Assembly: GCA_950097015.1 (NCBI GenBank)
Contig: CATNEN010000037.1
Span: forward strand, 1,178,001 to 1,242,000
Source: Macrostomum hystrix
Taxonomy: Eukaryota > Animalia > Platyhelminthes
DNA: 64,000 nucleotides
Direction: 5' to 3'
Within the stretch, counting starts at the first letter, position 1. Each line of letters begins with the position of its first letter. Below, piece after piece: positions 49,506 through 60,827 of the stretch. The notes below the pieces were generated by a model that was given only the letters and a program-made list of their open reading frames with translations, searched no databases and was not told the origin of the DNA. The translations under genes were made by a program, and so were the position numbers.

Positions 49506-50078
49506 GGAGCAACGCTTGGAGGTGAATTTCGAGCTCGCGAATAATATTTTATAGTCTATGGCTCGAGAGGCGGCCTTGCGGAGCAAAGCTTGGAGGTGAA
49601 TTTCGAGCTCGCAAACAGTATTTTATAGGCTATGGCTCGAGAGGCGGCCTTGCGGAGCAAAGCTTGGAGGTGAATTTCGAGCTCGCAATAATAATAATTG
49701 ATTACACCTGCCCCAATTGGGTCAGATGTGCAGCCGACAGCACAGCCGCAGCTAATGCGCGGCGCATCTGAAGGCTGCGTACGGCTGTTCAGTCCACGGA
49801 CTGGGGGGACGCCACACACACCTTCAATTATCCCAGCTGATGCTGGTACCCATTTAACAGCTGGGTGAACTGAAGCAATGCAGAGTTAAGTGTCTTGCTA
49901 AAGGACGCAAATTGTTCCAGTGGAGTCGGGAATCGAACCCCTAACCTTCAAGTCGTGAGTCCGACGCCCTAACCACTAGGCTACAACCTCTACTCGCAAA
50001 CAATATTTTATAGTCTATGGCTCGAGAGGCGGCCTTGCGGAGCAGAGTGTAGGGGAGAATTTCAAGCTCGCAAACAAT
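49506..50078. repeat. 74-bp tandem repeat (~4 units) interrupted by a SINE
   Basis: GCTTGGAGG recurs at 49514, 49588 and 49662; the unit resumes at 49993. Confidence 0.9.
49689..49992 (-). mobile_element. Full-length tRNA-derived CORE-like SINE (~300 bp)
   Basis: Minus strand GAGGTTGTAGCCTAGTGGTTAGGGCGTCGGACTCACGACTTGAAGGTTAGGGGTTCGATTCCCGAC (A and B boxes), CORE-like middle, (ATT)n tail, and a CTCGCAA TSD at 49682-49688 and 49993-49999. Confidence 0.92.
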
Positions 50079-50520
50079 GAGGACCCTTAATCCACAGTAT
50101 TTACACTGCACTTTTGCATTCCATATAGACCACCTTTTTGTAGCCCAATTCAAGTGTTCTAAACCCAAAAATAACTTACCAGGTAATTTATTTCTCATTT
50201 TCATGAAGAGAAAATTGATTGCAAATGACATAAAAACGGGACCATGAAGATGAACATATATCATCATGAACTAGGGAATCGATAAAGAACAACGTCAATT
50301 GGAAATTCAGCAGACAAAAATCATTAAAAATCATTCCCATCGATAAATATACTTGGACCACCTCATCGTAAATTACACAACTGATTGACAATTCGTACAT
50401 GCATAATCTAGCAGAATCTAAGAAAACATCTAGGTAGCACTTTCGACATTATATGCTCGCTGAAATAATAGTAATAGTAGTCATTACTAACATTACTGTA
50501 ATAGTAGAGGAATCCCGTCT

Positions 50521-51317
50521 GATCACTCAAGTGGGTCAACAACTCCCCTCTAATCCCTCAGTGGGCCAGTAACAATCCTCTGAACACTCAGTGGGTCAAC
50601 AACTCCCCTCTAATACCTCAGTGGGTCAACAACTCCCCTCTAATCCCTCAGTGGGTCAACAACTCCCCTCTAATACCTCAGTGGGTCAACAACTCCCCTC
50701 TAATCCCTCAGTGGGTCAACAACTCCCCTCTAATCCCTCTGTGGGCCAGTAACAATCCTCTGAACCCTCAGTGGGTCAACAACTCCCCTCTAATCCCTCA
50801 GTGGGCCAGTAACAATCCTCTGAACACTCAGTGGGTCAACAACTCCCCTCTAATCCCTCAGTGGGTCAACAACTCCCCTCTAATCCCTCAGTGGGTCAAC
50901 AACTCCCCTCTAATCCCTCAGTGGGTCAACAACTCCCCTCTAATCCCTCAGTGGGCCAGTAACAATCCTCTGAACCCTCAGTGGGTCAACAACTCCCCTC
51001 TAATACCTCAGTGGGTCAACAACTCCACTCTAATACCTCAGTGGGTCAACAACCTCTCTAATCCCTCAGTGGGTCAACAACTCCCCTCTAATCCCTCAGT
51101 GGGTCAACAACTCCCCTCTAATCCCTCAGTGGGTCAACAACTCCCCTCTAATCCCTCAGTGGGCCAGTAACAATCCTCTGAACCCTCAGTGGGTCAACAA
51201 CTCCCCTTTAATCCCTCAGTGGGTCAACAACTCCCCTCTAATCCCTCAGTGGGTCAACAACTCCCCTCTAATCCCTCAGTGGGTCAAAAACTCCCCTCTA
51301 ATTGTTCAGGGGTCATC
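50521..51317. repeat. 30-bp minisatellite (CTCAGTGGGTCAACAACTCCCCTCTAATCC), ~26 copies
   Basis: Direct observation; homologous to the 56554-57342 array. Confidence 0.96.
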
Positions 51318-51402
51318 GTGTCTAGAGTTTAAATCGATTCTAACAGTGCAAAAAAGTGTCAAATATGTTAATGGTGTGAAATAGATGAATGAAGATGAAT
51401 GC

Positions 51403-51883
51403 TCAGTTGTGGCAGCAACAGCAGCAGCAGCTGCAGTGGCGGCGGCAGCAGCAGCACAAAATGACACCTGGGTAAATTTCCTGTTCCCGCTCAGATGGGT
51501 TCATCGAGACATCCGTTGCCGCGGGACGATAAGAAAAATTGGCAGTAGCATCCGAGTTTGAACCGGAGCGAGAAGATGAACCGGAACCGGAAGTAAAACT
51601 AGAATCCTCGATGGAAGCAATGCTAGAACTGGAGAATGAGCATTCTGTGGAAATCATGTTGCCAATCACATCAGAATCGGAGCCTGTAGCGGAACGGGAA
51701 GTCCAGTCCCCAGCAGACTGCAATAGCAGGGTCATGTACCGGATGTAGGCGGCAGCCAATCGCAGAGTCTCAACTCGAGATGATGGCCGATGTGGCGATC
51801 GGCCTGACCTGCTGCTGCACGCCTTCAGCTTGAAGCGCAGTGCATCAAAGGCCTGGTTGAGGCTGAGCATCCGGCGTCGCTCT
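51403..51883 (-). CDS. Fer3: Fer3/FERD3L (Nato3, PTFb)-like bHLH transcription factor, exon 2
   Basis: After acceptor CCCAG| (51884): (R)ERRRMLSLNQAFDALR...SRVETLRLAAAYIRYMTLLL, then a Ser-rich tail to the stop. Confidence 0.85.
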
Positions 51884-51931
51884 CTGGGATTGAGTAGGAT
51901 AAGATGCAACTGCAGAACCATTGAAGAATAA

Positions 51932-54900
51932 AACCATATAACTATGGAACCATGAAACTATGGAAACATGGAACTATGGAACCATGGAACTATGGAACCA
52001 TGGAACTACGGAATCATGGAACTATGGAACCATAGAACCATGGAATCATGGAACTATCCATGGAACCATCGAACTATGGAACCATAGAACTATGGAGCCA
52101 TGGAACTATGGAACCATGGAACTATGAAACCATGGAACTATGGAACCATTGAACTACGGAATCATGGAACTATCCATGGAACTATTGAACCATGGAACTA
52201 TAGAAACATGGAACTATGGAACCATTGAACTATGGACCCATGGAACTATGGAACCATAGAAATATGGAGCCATGGAACTATGGAATCATGGAACTATCCA
52301 TGGAACTATTGAACCATGGAACTATAGAAACATGGAACTATGGAACCATTGGACTATAGAATTGGACTATGGAATCATAGAACTATGGAACCATAGAACT
52401 ATGGAACCATAGAACAATGGAACCAAAGAACTACGGAACCATAGAACTATGGAACCATAGAACTATGGAACCATGGAACCATGGAACTATGGAACTATGG
52501 AACCATGGAACTATGGAAATATAGAACAACGGAACCATGGAACCATGGAACCATGTAACTATGGAACCATAGAACTATGGAACCATGGAACCATGGTACT
52601 ATGGAACCATGGAACTATGGAACCAAAGAACCATGGAACCATAGAACTATGGAACTATAGAACTATGGAAACATGGAACTACGGAACCATAGAACTATGG
52701 AACCATGCAACTATGGAACCATGGAACTATGGAACCATGGAACTATGGAACCAATGAACTATGGAATCATAGAACTACGGAACCATAGAACTATGGAACC
52801 ATAGAACTATGGAACCATGGAACCATGGAACTATGGAACCATGGAACCATGGAACTATGGAACCATAGAACTATGGAACCATAGAACCATAGAACTATGG
52901 AACCATAGAACAACGGAACCATAGAACTATGGAACCATGGAACCATGGAACTATGGAATTATGGAACCATAGAACTATGGATCCATGGAACCATGGAACT
53001 ATGGAACCATAGAACAACGGAACCATGGAACCATGGAACCATGGAACTATGGAACCATAGAACTATGGAACCATGGAACTATGGAACCATGGAACTATGG
53101 AACCATAGAACTATGGAACCATGGAACCATGGAACCATGGAACTATGGAACTATGGAACCATAGAACTTTGGAACCATGGAACCATGGAACTATGGAACC
53201 ATGGAACTATGGAACCATAGAACTATGGAACCATGGAACTATGGAACCATGGAACTATGGAACCATAGAACTATGGAACCATGGAACCATGGAACCATGG
53301 AACTATGGAACTATGGAACCATAGAACTTTGGAACCATGGAACCATGGAACTATGGAACCATGGAACTATGGAACCATAGAACTATGGAACCATGGAACC
53401 ATGGAACTATGGAACCATAGAACAACGGAACCATAGAACAACGGAACCATAGAACCATAGAACTATGGAACCATGGAACTATGGAACCATAGAACAACGG
53501 AACCATAGAACTATGGAACCATAGAACAACGGAACCATAGAACTATGGAACCATAAAACTATGGAACCATAGAACTATGGAACCATAAAACTATGGAACC
53601 ATAGAACTATAGAACCATAGAACCATGGAACTATAGAACTATGGAACCATAGAACTATGGAAACATGGAACAACGGAACCATGGAACTATGGAACCATGG
53701 AACTATGGAACCATAGAACTATGGAACCATGGAACCATGGAACCATGGAACTATGGAACTATGGAACCATAGAACTTTGGAACCATGGAACCATGGAACT
53801 ATGGAACCATATAACTATGGAACCATGAAACTATGGAAACATGGAACTATGGAACCATGGAACTATGGAACCATGGAACTACGGAATCATGGAACTATGG
53901 AACCATAGAACCATGGAATCATGGAACTATCCATGGAACCATCGAACTATGGAACCATAGAACTATGGAGCCATGGAACTATGGAACCATGGAACTATGA
54001 AACCATGGAACTATGGAACCATTGAACTACGGAATCATGGAACTATCCATGGAACTATTGAACCATGGAACTATAGAAACATGGAACTATGGAACCATTG
54101 AACTATGGACCCATGGAACTATGGAACCATAGAAATATGGAGCCATGGAACTATGGAATCATGGAACTATCCATGGAACTATTGAACCATGGAACTATAG
54201 AAACATGGAACTATGGAACCATTGGACTATAGAATTGGACTATGGAATCATAGAACTATGGAACCATAGAACTATGGAACCATAGAACAATGGAACCAAA
54301 GAACTACGGAACCATAGAACTATGGAACCATAGAACTATGGAACCATGGAACCATGGAACTATGGAACCATGGAACTATGGAACCAAAGAACCATGGAAC
54401 CATAGAACTATGGAACTATAGAACTATGGAAACATGGAACTACGGAACCATAGAACTATGGAACCATGGAACTATGGAACCATGGAACTATGGAACCATG
54501 GAACTATGGAACCAATGAACTATGGAATCATAGAACTACGGAACCATAGAACTATGGAACCATAGAACTATGGAACCATGGAACCATGGAACTATGGAAC
54601 CATGGAACCATGGAACTATGGAACCATAGAACTATGGAACCATAGAACCATAGAACTATGGAACCATAGAACAACGGAACCATAGAACTATGGAACCATG
54701 GAACCATGGAACTATGGAATTATGGAACCATAGAACTATGGATCCATGGAACCATGGAACTATGGAACCATAGAACAACGGAACCATGGAACCATGGAAC
54801 CATGGAACTATGGAACCATAGAACTATGGAACCATGGAACTATGGAACCATGGAACTATGGAACCATAGAACTATGGAACCATGGAACCATGGAACCATG

Positions 54901-55849
54901 GAACTATGGAACTATGGAACCATAGAACTTTGGAACCATGGAACCATGGAACTATGGAACCATGGAACTATGGAACCATAGAACTATGGAACCATGGAAC
55001 CATGGAACTATGGAACCATAGAACAACGGAACCATAGAACAACGGAACCATAGAACTATGGAACCATAGAACAACGGAACCATAGAACTATGGAACCATA
55101 AAACTATGGAACCATAGAACTATGGAACCATAAAACTATGGAACCATAGAACTATAGAACCATAGAACCATGGAACTATAGAACTATGGAACCATAGAAC
55201 TATGGAAACATGGAACAACGGAACCATGGAACTATGGAAACATGGAACTATGGAACCATGGAACTATGGAACCATGGAACTATGGAACCATAGAACTATG
55301 GAACCATGGAACCATGGAACCATGGAACTATGGAACTATGGAACCATAGAACTTTGGAACCATGGAACCATGGAACTATGGAACCATGGAACTATGGAAC
55401 CATAGAACTATGGAACCATGGAACCATGGAACTATGGAACCATAGAACAACGGAACCATAGAACAACGGAACCATAGAACTATGGAACCATAGAACTATG
55501 GAACCATGGAACTATGGAACCATAGAACAACGGAACCATAGAACTATGGAACCATAGAAAAACGGAACCATAGAACTATGGAACCATAGAACAACGGAAC
55601 CATAGAACTATGGAACCATAAAACTATGGAACCATAGAACTATGGAACCATAGAACAACGGAACCATAGAACTATGGAACCATGGAACCATGGAACTATG
55701 GAACTATGGAACCATGGAACTATGGAAATATAGAACAACGGAACCATGGAACCATGGAACCATGTAACTATGGAACCATAGAACTATGGAACCATGGAAC
55801 CATGGAACTATGGAACCATGGAACTATGGAACCATAGAACTATGGAACT
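51932..55849. repeat. 8-bp satellite (ATGGAACC / ATGGAACT / ATAGAACT) filling the bHLH intron
   Basis: About 490 units; an internal ~1.8-1.9 kb block is duplicated (51951 vs 53824). Confidence 0.98.
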
Positions 55850-55969
55850 AAATCAAAACTTCGAAGATAAAACTACGAAATCATTTGTAGAAAGCAGAGA
55901 CATAGCATAGCAGATTGCTTGAGGAACTCTCAAAATACATGTAAGGCCAGGATTATTCCTGCTACTCAC

Positions 55970-56103
55970 CTGATATTGGCCGCAGCACGCTGTTCCGCGG
56001 ATGCAACTCGACGCCTCTTTGGCTTCTGCCAGTTCCGCTGACTCTCTGCAACTGCTGCGAGCGATTTAGTCGCAACTCTTATGTCGTGGCTCTGGCTTGA
56101 CAT
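55970..56103 (-). CDS. Fer3: Fer3/FERD3L-like bHLH, exon 1 (not in ORF track)
   Basis: ATG at 56103: MSSQSHDIRVATKSLAAVAESQRNWQKPKRRRVASAEQRAAANI-AG|GTGAG. The phase-2 junction restores KPKRRRV..EQRAAANIRERRRM, matching the FERD3L basic region ([22 protein letters not shown], from memory). Spliced product is 204 aa. Confidence 0.88.
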
Positions 56104-56553
56104 CGGCTCCAATTGATTTCATCCACTAGAAACAGGAAAATCTTCTGCAATTGCTAATCTGAAAAAAATTGTTAGCCTATTAGAACATTCAAAACAATCT
56201 ATGCGCGTCAGTTAATATGAATAAGCTTTTATTTGAGCTGTTTAATTCGCATACCTCATTGTTTCCTGATCTGTCGCTCTCTCGCTCGCTCTCCGGATAC
56301 GCTCGATTCTAATTGGCTGCCGGTCGCCAGTAGGGGTCTGGCTGTCCTTTAATGCTTTCCTTTAATAGTTGAGTCGACTGCGAATCTAATTTATATGAAT
56401 TCAATAATTTCGAATGTCATGACTACAAGCAAAATTTAATGTTGAGTTCAAATTATCCACTTTATAAATCATGTGATAACTTGAAAAACGAAAGTCGGGT
56501 CTGTATTCCGAGTTAAACCAAGGCTTTAGAATTACACCTGGGCCCTGAGCTAG

Positions 56554-57342
56554 TGAACACTCAGTGGGTCATCGACTCCCATATGATCCTTCAGTGGGTC
56601 ATCGACACGCCTCTGATCCTCCAGTGGATCATCGACTCCCATATGATCCTTCAGTGGGTCATCGACTCGCCTCTGATCCTCCAGTGGGTCATCGACTTCC
56701 ATATGATCCTTCAGTGGGTCATCGACTCGCACTCTGATCCTTCAGTGGGTCATCGACTTCCATATGATCCTTCAGTGGGTCATCGACTCCAAAATGATCC
56801 TTCAGTGGGTCATCGACTCGCCTCTGATCCTCCAGTGGGTCATCGACTTCCATATGATCCTTCAGTGGGTCATCGACTCGCACTCTGATCCTTCAGTGGG
56901 TCATCGACTCCCAAATGATCCTCCAGTGGGTCATCGACTCCCATATGATCCTTCAATGGATCATCGACTCCCATATGATCCTTCAGTGGGTCATCGACTC
57001 GCCTCTGATCCTTCAGTGGATCATCGACTCCCATATGATCCTTCAGTGGATCATCGACTCCCATATGATCCTTCAGTGGGTCATCGACTCCCATATGATC
57101 CTTCAGTGGGTCATCGACTCCCAAATGATCCTTCAGTGGGTCATCGACTCCCATATGATCCTTCAGTGGGTCATCAACTCCCAAATGATCCTTCAGTGGG
57201 TCATCGACTCCCATATGTTCCTTCAGTGGGTCATCAACTCCCATATTATCACTCAGTAGGTCATGAACTCCCTCAGATCCTTCATTGGGTCATCAATTCC
57301 TCAATGATCATTCAGGGGGTCATCAATTATCCCATGATCCTC
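56554..57342. repeat. 30-bp minisatellite (TTCAGTGGGTCATCGACTCCCATATGATCC), ~26 copies
   Basis: Direct observation. Confidence 0.96.
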
Positions 57343-58189
57343 TTATCCACTCTTATCATTCTGAGGATAATCATCTCTACATTGTCGGCTTGAAAAGTTA
57401 TTATGCTCAAGTTCTAATATTTTAAGTACAATCGTTTTTGCATATGCAAATGTTTATTATATGAAGCAGCTGTGACCGGATGTGGGCTGCTGTAACAATG
57501 CTGGATAAAACAGTTTTGAGTTTGTGAGTTATCACACTCGACCCATTGACCTCCGAACCAATGACCCACTTTTTACTCGTAATTACGCAAAGTAGAAAAA
57601 ATCGAATAGCAAGCAGAAAGATATATTTGTAATTATATTACTTTATTTAAAATTTAAAGGGCCGTCTGAAGCACAGGGCTGCGCGTCGTAAGCGGGAAAG
57701 CGATGTGGGTGGTTGAATTAAAAATAGTGTATGTTGTGCTGCAAAGAAAATTTACAACTCAGATCCCAATCGCAAGTTTTTTATACCAGAGGTGTGCCAG
57801 AACTGAAACTCGGACAGTGCAGGTGTTAGGTGAGAAAATGCTGGTTAGTAAAGTTTATTGGCTATTTTGGCTTCTTTATGGACGTGCTTTGAAACATGTT
57901 TTTTCTGCGAATCCTAATTGAACTGGGCCGATTGATAAAAAGAATTCCTGTAACACAGTTTTAATGCGTGCATTAAATGCTTGTGGCCAATGAGCAACCC
58001 CGAGCAGTTGAATGCTCGCTTTAGGTAAATAAATGTCTATAGTCTATGGACGGAACTATCTAGGAGAGATATCGTGAGTACAGTACTACTCAATACTTGG
58101 TTTTCCTTGCTTAAATGTCTATGGCACTCGTGCGCTTCCTTTATCATCTAAATAAAGTAGAAATTACAGATGGCCCAGTTGGACCAAGT

Positions 58190-58425
58190 GTACAGTCAGT
58201 TTCAGAGCTGTGTACACCTGTTCAGTCCGCGGACTGGGGGGAGCACCACACTTGCCCAAATTTCTACCCCAGTTGATGCTGATAACTTTTTTACAACTGG
58301 GCTAATTAAAACACAGCTTGCTTCCAGGCTGGACGATGAGAGGATTAGGGATCACAAGGGATCAGAAATGGACACATACTTGTCCCTCGGGATGAGGTTT
58401 GAAATCCGGACCTCTGAGTCAGAAG
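58190..58425 (-). mobile_element. Diverged SINE, probably a second subfamily
   Basis: CTGTTCAGTCCGCGGACTGGGGGGA and ACCCCAGTTGATGCTG match the 3' half of the 49689 SINE. The minus-strand head GGCTTCTGACTCAGAGGTCCGGATTTCAAACC looks like a decayed, different tRNA head. Confidence 0.5.
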
Positions 58426-59489
58426 CCAAAAACAGTATAGCAATTCTTAAAAAGCAGTTTAAAACAAAAGAAATAATATTACCTTCGAAATTTTCTCTGA
58501 AAATAGATAGAATAAATACATCTATAAAATATCTGCTTGCGATGCAGTTTTTTTTCTTTTTTTACAAATACTCCGATGCCGAAAATAAAAAATGCATCTA
58601 ACATGTGCGAAAATTCTGATTTTCGAAAACACCAAACTTCTGTACCTTTATAAATGGCCCTGGCTTGATTACAAATTTTAATTTCGCTTAATTATTAATC
58701 AGATGCCTTATCTATCAAGGCCTTATAAATTACAGGCATCACCAGGGAGCTCACCATCTTTGAGAGGAGCGCAATAAATCATGCCCGCTATATAAGTGTC
58801 GGATGAAGTAAAGAACATGATCATCATCAGTGTTATCTTATTGATAAGTGCTAAATTTACAAAGTACCACATTTTCATAGACATGTAGTGACATCTTTAC
58901 GATCGCTAACGAATTCAGTAAGATCTCACAGAGCGCGCTAATTTTCTTTTGAAAATCACCGCCAAAAGCCTATGAAGGGGAGGACGTTTATTTCGGATCG
59001 ATCGCATCGCATTTCACAAGATAAGCTGGCGCGGCGGACTTTCTATCGAGCTTCTGATTGGACCGCGGATCGGCAGTCCGCCTGACCGCACCGGGGAGGT
59101 TGGGGTGGCTAACGCAGGCCTGGCGGCGGTGCCCACCACCTCAGCGCCTTCACACCCGCTCACTATCATCAAACTATTTGATACCGAGATGTCTGATCGA
59201 GCACTGATCGCACAAATCCCTATGAAAAAGCTGCCACTTGTGCAGGTCATTGATAAACGTCACATAAATCTAGTTTGAGCGCTGTCACTCTTCTTCCAAA
59301 CGTTACTAAGTGATTCATGATTTATCTTGGAACTCCTGGTAAGCGAAACTAAAGATTCTTTACTCTCAAAGCTTTGCAATTTTAAAAGGTAATGAAGACT
59401 TTAAAGCTTGGAACATTTTATTATCATTGAAAGAAAAGATAATTTGAAGGAGAATTTGCAACAATGTTTTTCTATTCGCATTCACAGAA

Positions 59490-60827
59490 GTGCTGCAGCA
59501 GCAGCCACGGTCGCAACCGCCTCAGCTGCCATCGGCACGGCTGCAAACATCGTGTCTTGATGCACATTCGCAATACTACTTGGCAGTCTCGTCACAAGAC
59601 GTAGCATCGTCGATGGATATCAAGCCAATGTCTAACTATGCTCATCAAGAACAGGTGCCGCAGCCTCCGCACTACTATTGCCATCATTTTCATCCTATGC
59701 CCACCGGCTGCAGTGTCAATAGGGACTCGCAAGTTGTACAAAAAGGAGAATTTAGTCAACGACAACAACAGCAGCAGCAGTATTACAATTATCAGCAGCA
59801 GCAGCAACTGCGGCAGCATCAGCAACAATATTTTCACTTTTTGCATCAGCAACAGCAACAACAACAGCAACAGCAACATCAACAGCAACAGCAGCTGCAA
59901 CAGCAAAATCAACAGCAGCTGCAACAGCAACATCAACAGCAACAGCAGCTGCAACAGCAAAATCAACAGCAGCTGCAACAGCAAAATCAACAGCAGCTGC
60001 AACAGCAAAATCAACTGCAGCTGCAACAGCAACATCAACTGCAGCTGCAACAGCAACATCAACCGCAGCTGCAACAGCAACATCAACCGCAGCAGCAACT
60101 GCAACAGCAAAATCAACAGCAGCTGCAACAGCAACATCAACCGCAGCTGCAACAGCAACATCAACCGCAGCAGCAACTGCAACAGCAAAATCAACAGCAG
60201 CTGCAACAGCAACATCAACCGCAGCAGCTGCTGCAGCAGCAGCATCAGCAGCATCAGCAGCATCAGCAGCAGCAGCAGCCACTTGCCATTCCAAGTAACT
60301 CAGGAAAGCCTGATGTCAGCCGGACAGAGACGGGTGCCAACACATCCAGCTGCCATCAGCGCCGAGCAGCCACCAGGGTGCCGGAGGACCAGAAGACGGA
60401 GGCCTACTGGCGCCGACGCCAGCGCAACAACCAGTCGGCGCGCAGATCGCGCCAGAAACGGCGCCAAAATGAGCGCAGCCTGGCCGAGACTTTCAGCTCG
60501 TTGAGCGAGGAAGTCTACGCTGACCTGCTGCTGCAGTCGTGCCTACTTCGCGCTCGAAGCCTCCTTGGCGGTCGGCCGGCGGGCCCCGAGGAGGATCCAG
60601 GTAATATTTTCTACGAGGGCATCTGCTACGGCCTCAAGGAGACATTGAGAAGGCGCGGTCTCCAAACTGCTGCCTGGCTGCCGTGGCGCAGAAACGGTGC
60701 CCCCTTTGAAGACCTCCGGGCGTGGACGGACCGAGAGTTTGTGCGATTCATTAGCAGCCACTCGCAGCAGCAGCAGCAGCATCAGCAGCAGCAGCAGTCT
60801 GAGAAGGGAAGATCGAGTGATTCTTGA
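59490..60827 (+). CDS. Poly-glutamine PAR/NFIL3(E4BP4)/giant-type bZIP transcription factor (5' end uncertain; first in-frame ATG 59613)
   Basis: VPEDQKTEAYWRRRQRNNQSARRSRQKRR matches the PAR/NFIL3 extended basic region (vPeexKDexYWxrRxkNNxAAkrSR), preceded by ~170 aa of poly-Q. Possible acceptor TTCACAG at 59487. Confidence 0.82.
   Translation: MLQQQPRSQPPQLPSARLQTSCLDAHSQYYLAVSSQDVASSMDIKPMSNYAHQEQVPQPPHYYCHHFHPMPTGCSVNRDSQVVQKGEFSQRQQQQQQYYNYQQQQQLRQHQQQYFHFLHQQQQQQQQQQHQQQQQLQQQNQQQLQQQHQQQQQLQQQNQQQLQQQNQQQLQQQNQLQLQQQHQLQLQQQHQPQLQQQHQPQQQLQQQNQQQLQQQHQPQLQQQHQPQQQLQQQNQQQLQQQHQPQQLLQQQHQQHQQHQQQQQPLAIPSNSGKPDVSRTETGANTSSCHQRRAATRVPEDQKTEAYWRRRQRNNQSARRSRQKRRQNERSLAETFSSLSEEVYADLLLQSCLLRARSLLGGRPAGPEEDPGNIFYEGICYGLKETLRRRGLQTAAWLPWRRNGAPFEDLRAWTDREFVRFISSHSQQQQQHQQQQQSEKGRSSDS

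Noticed and set aside
49920-49992. tRNA gene (also at 17926 and 48555)
   Set aside because: A and B boxes are present, but acceptor and anticodon stems pair poorly and each copy continues into the same ~230-bp body; these are SINE heads.
51932-55849. Heat-shock-element array or human SatIII-like (TGGAA) function; MEPWNYGT ORFs
   Set aside because: GAA recurs in one orientation every 8 bp, not as alternating 5-bp nGAAn units. The ORFs are repeat translations inside an intron on the opposite strand.
11582-57342. CRISPR-like regular repeats
   Set aside because: All arrays are head-to-tail with no unique spacers, there are no cas genes, and the context is eukaryotic.
59592-60294. Poly-Leu and poly-Ala minus-strand ORFs
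   Set aside because: Antisense readings of the CAG/CAA-rich poly-Q exon.
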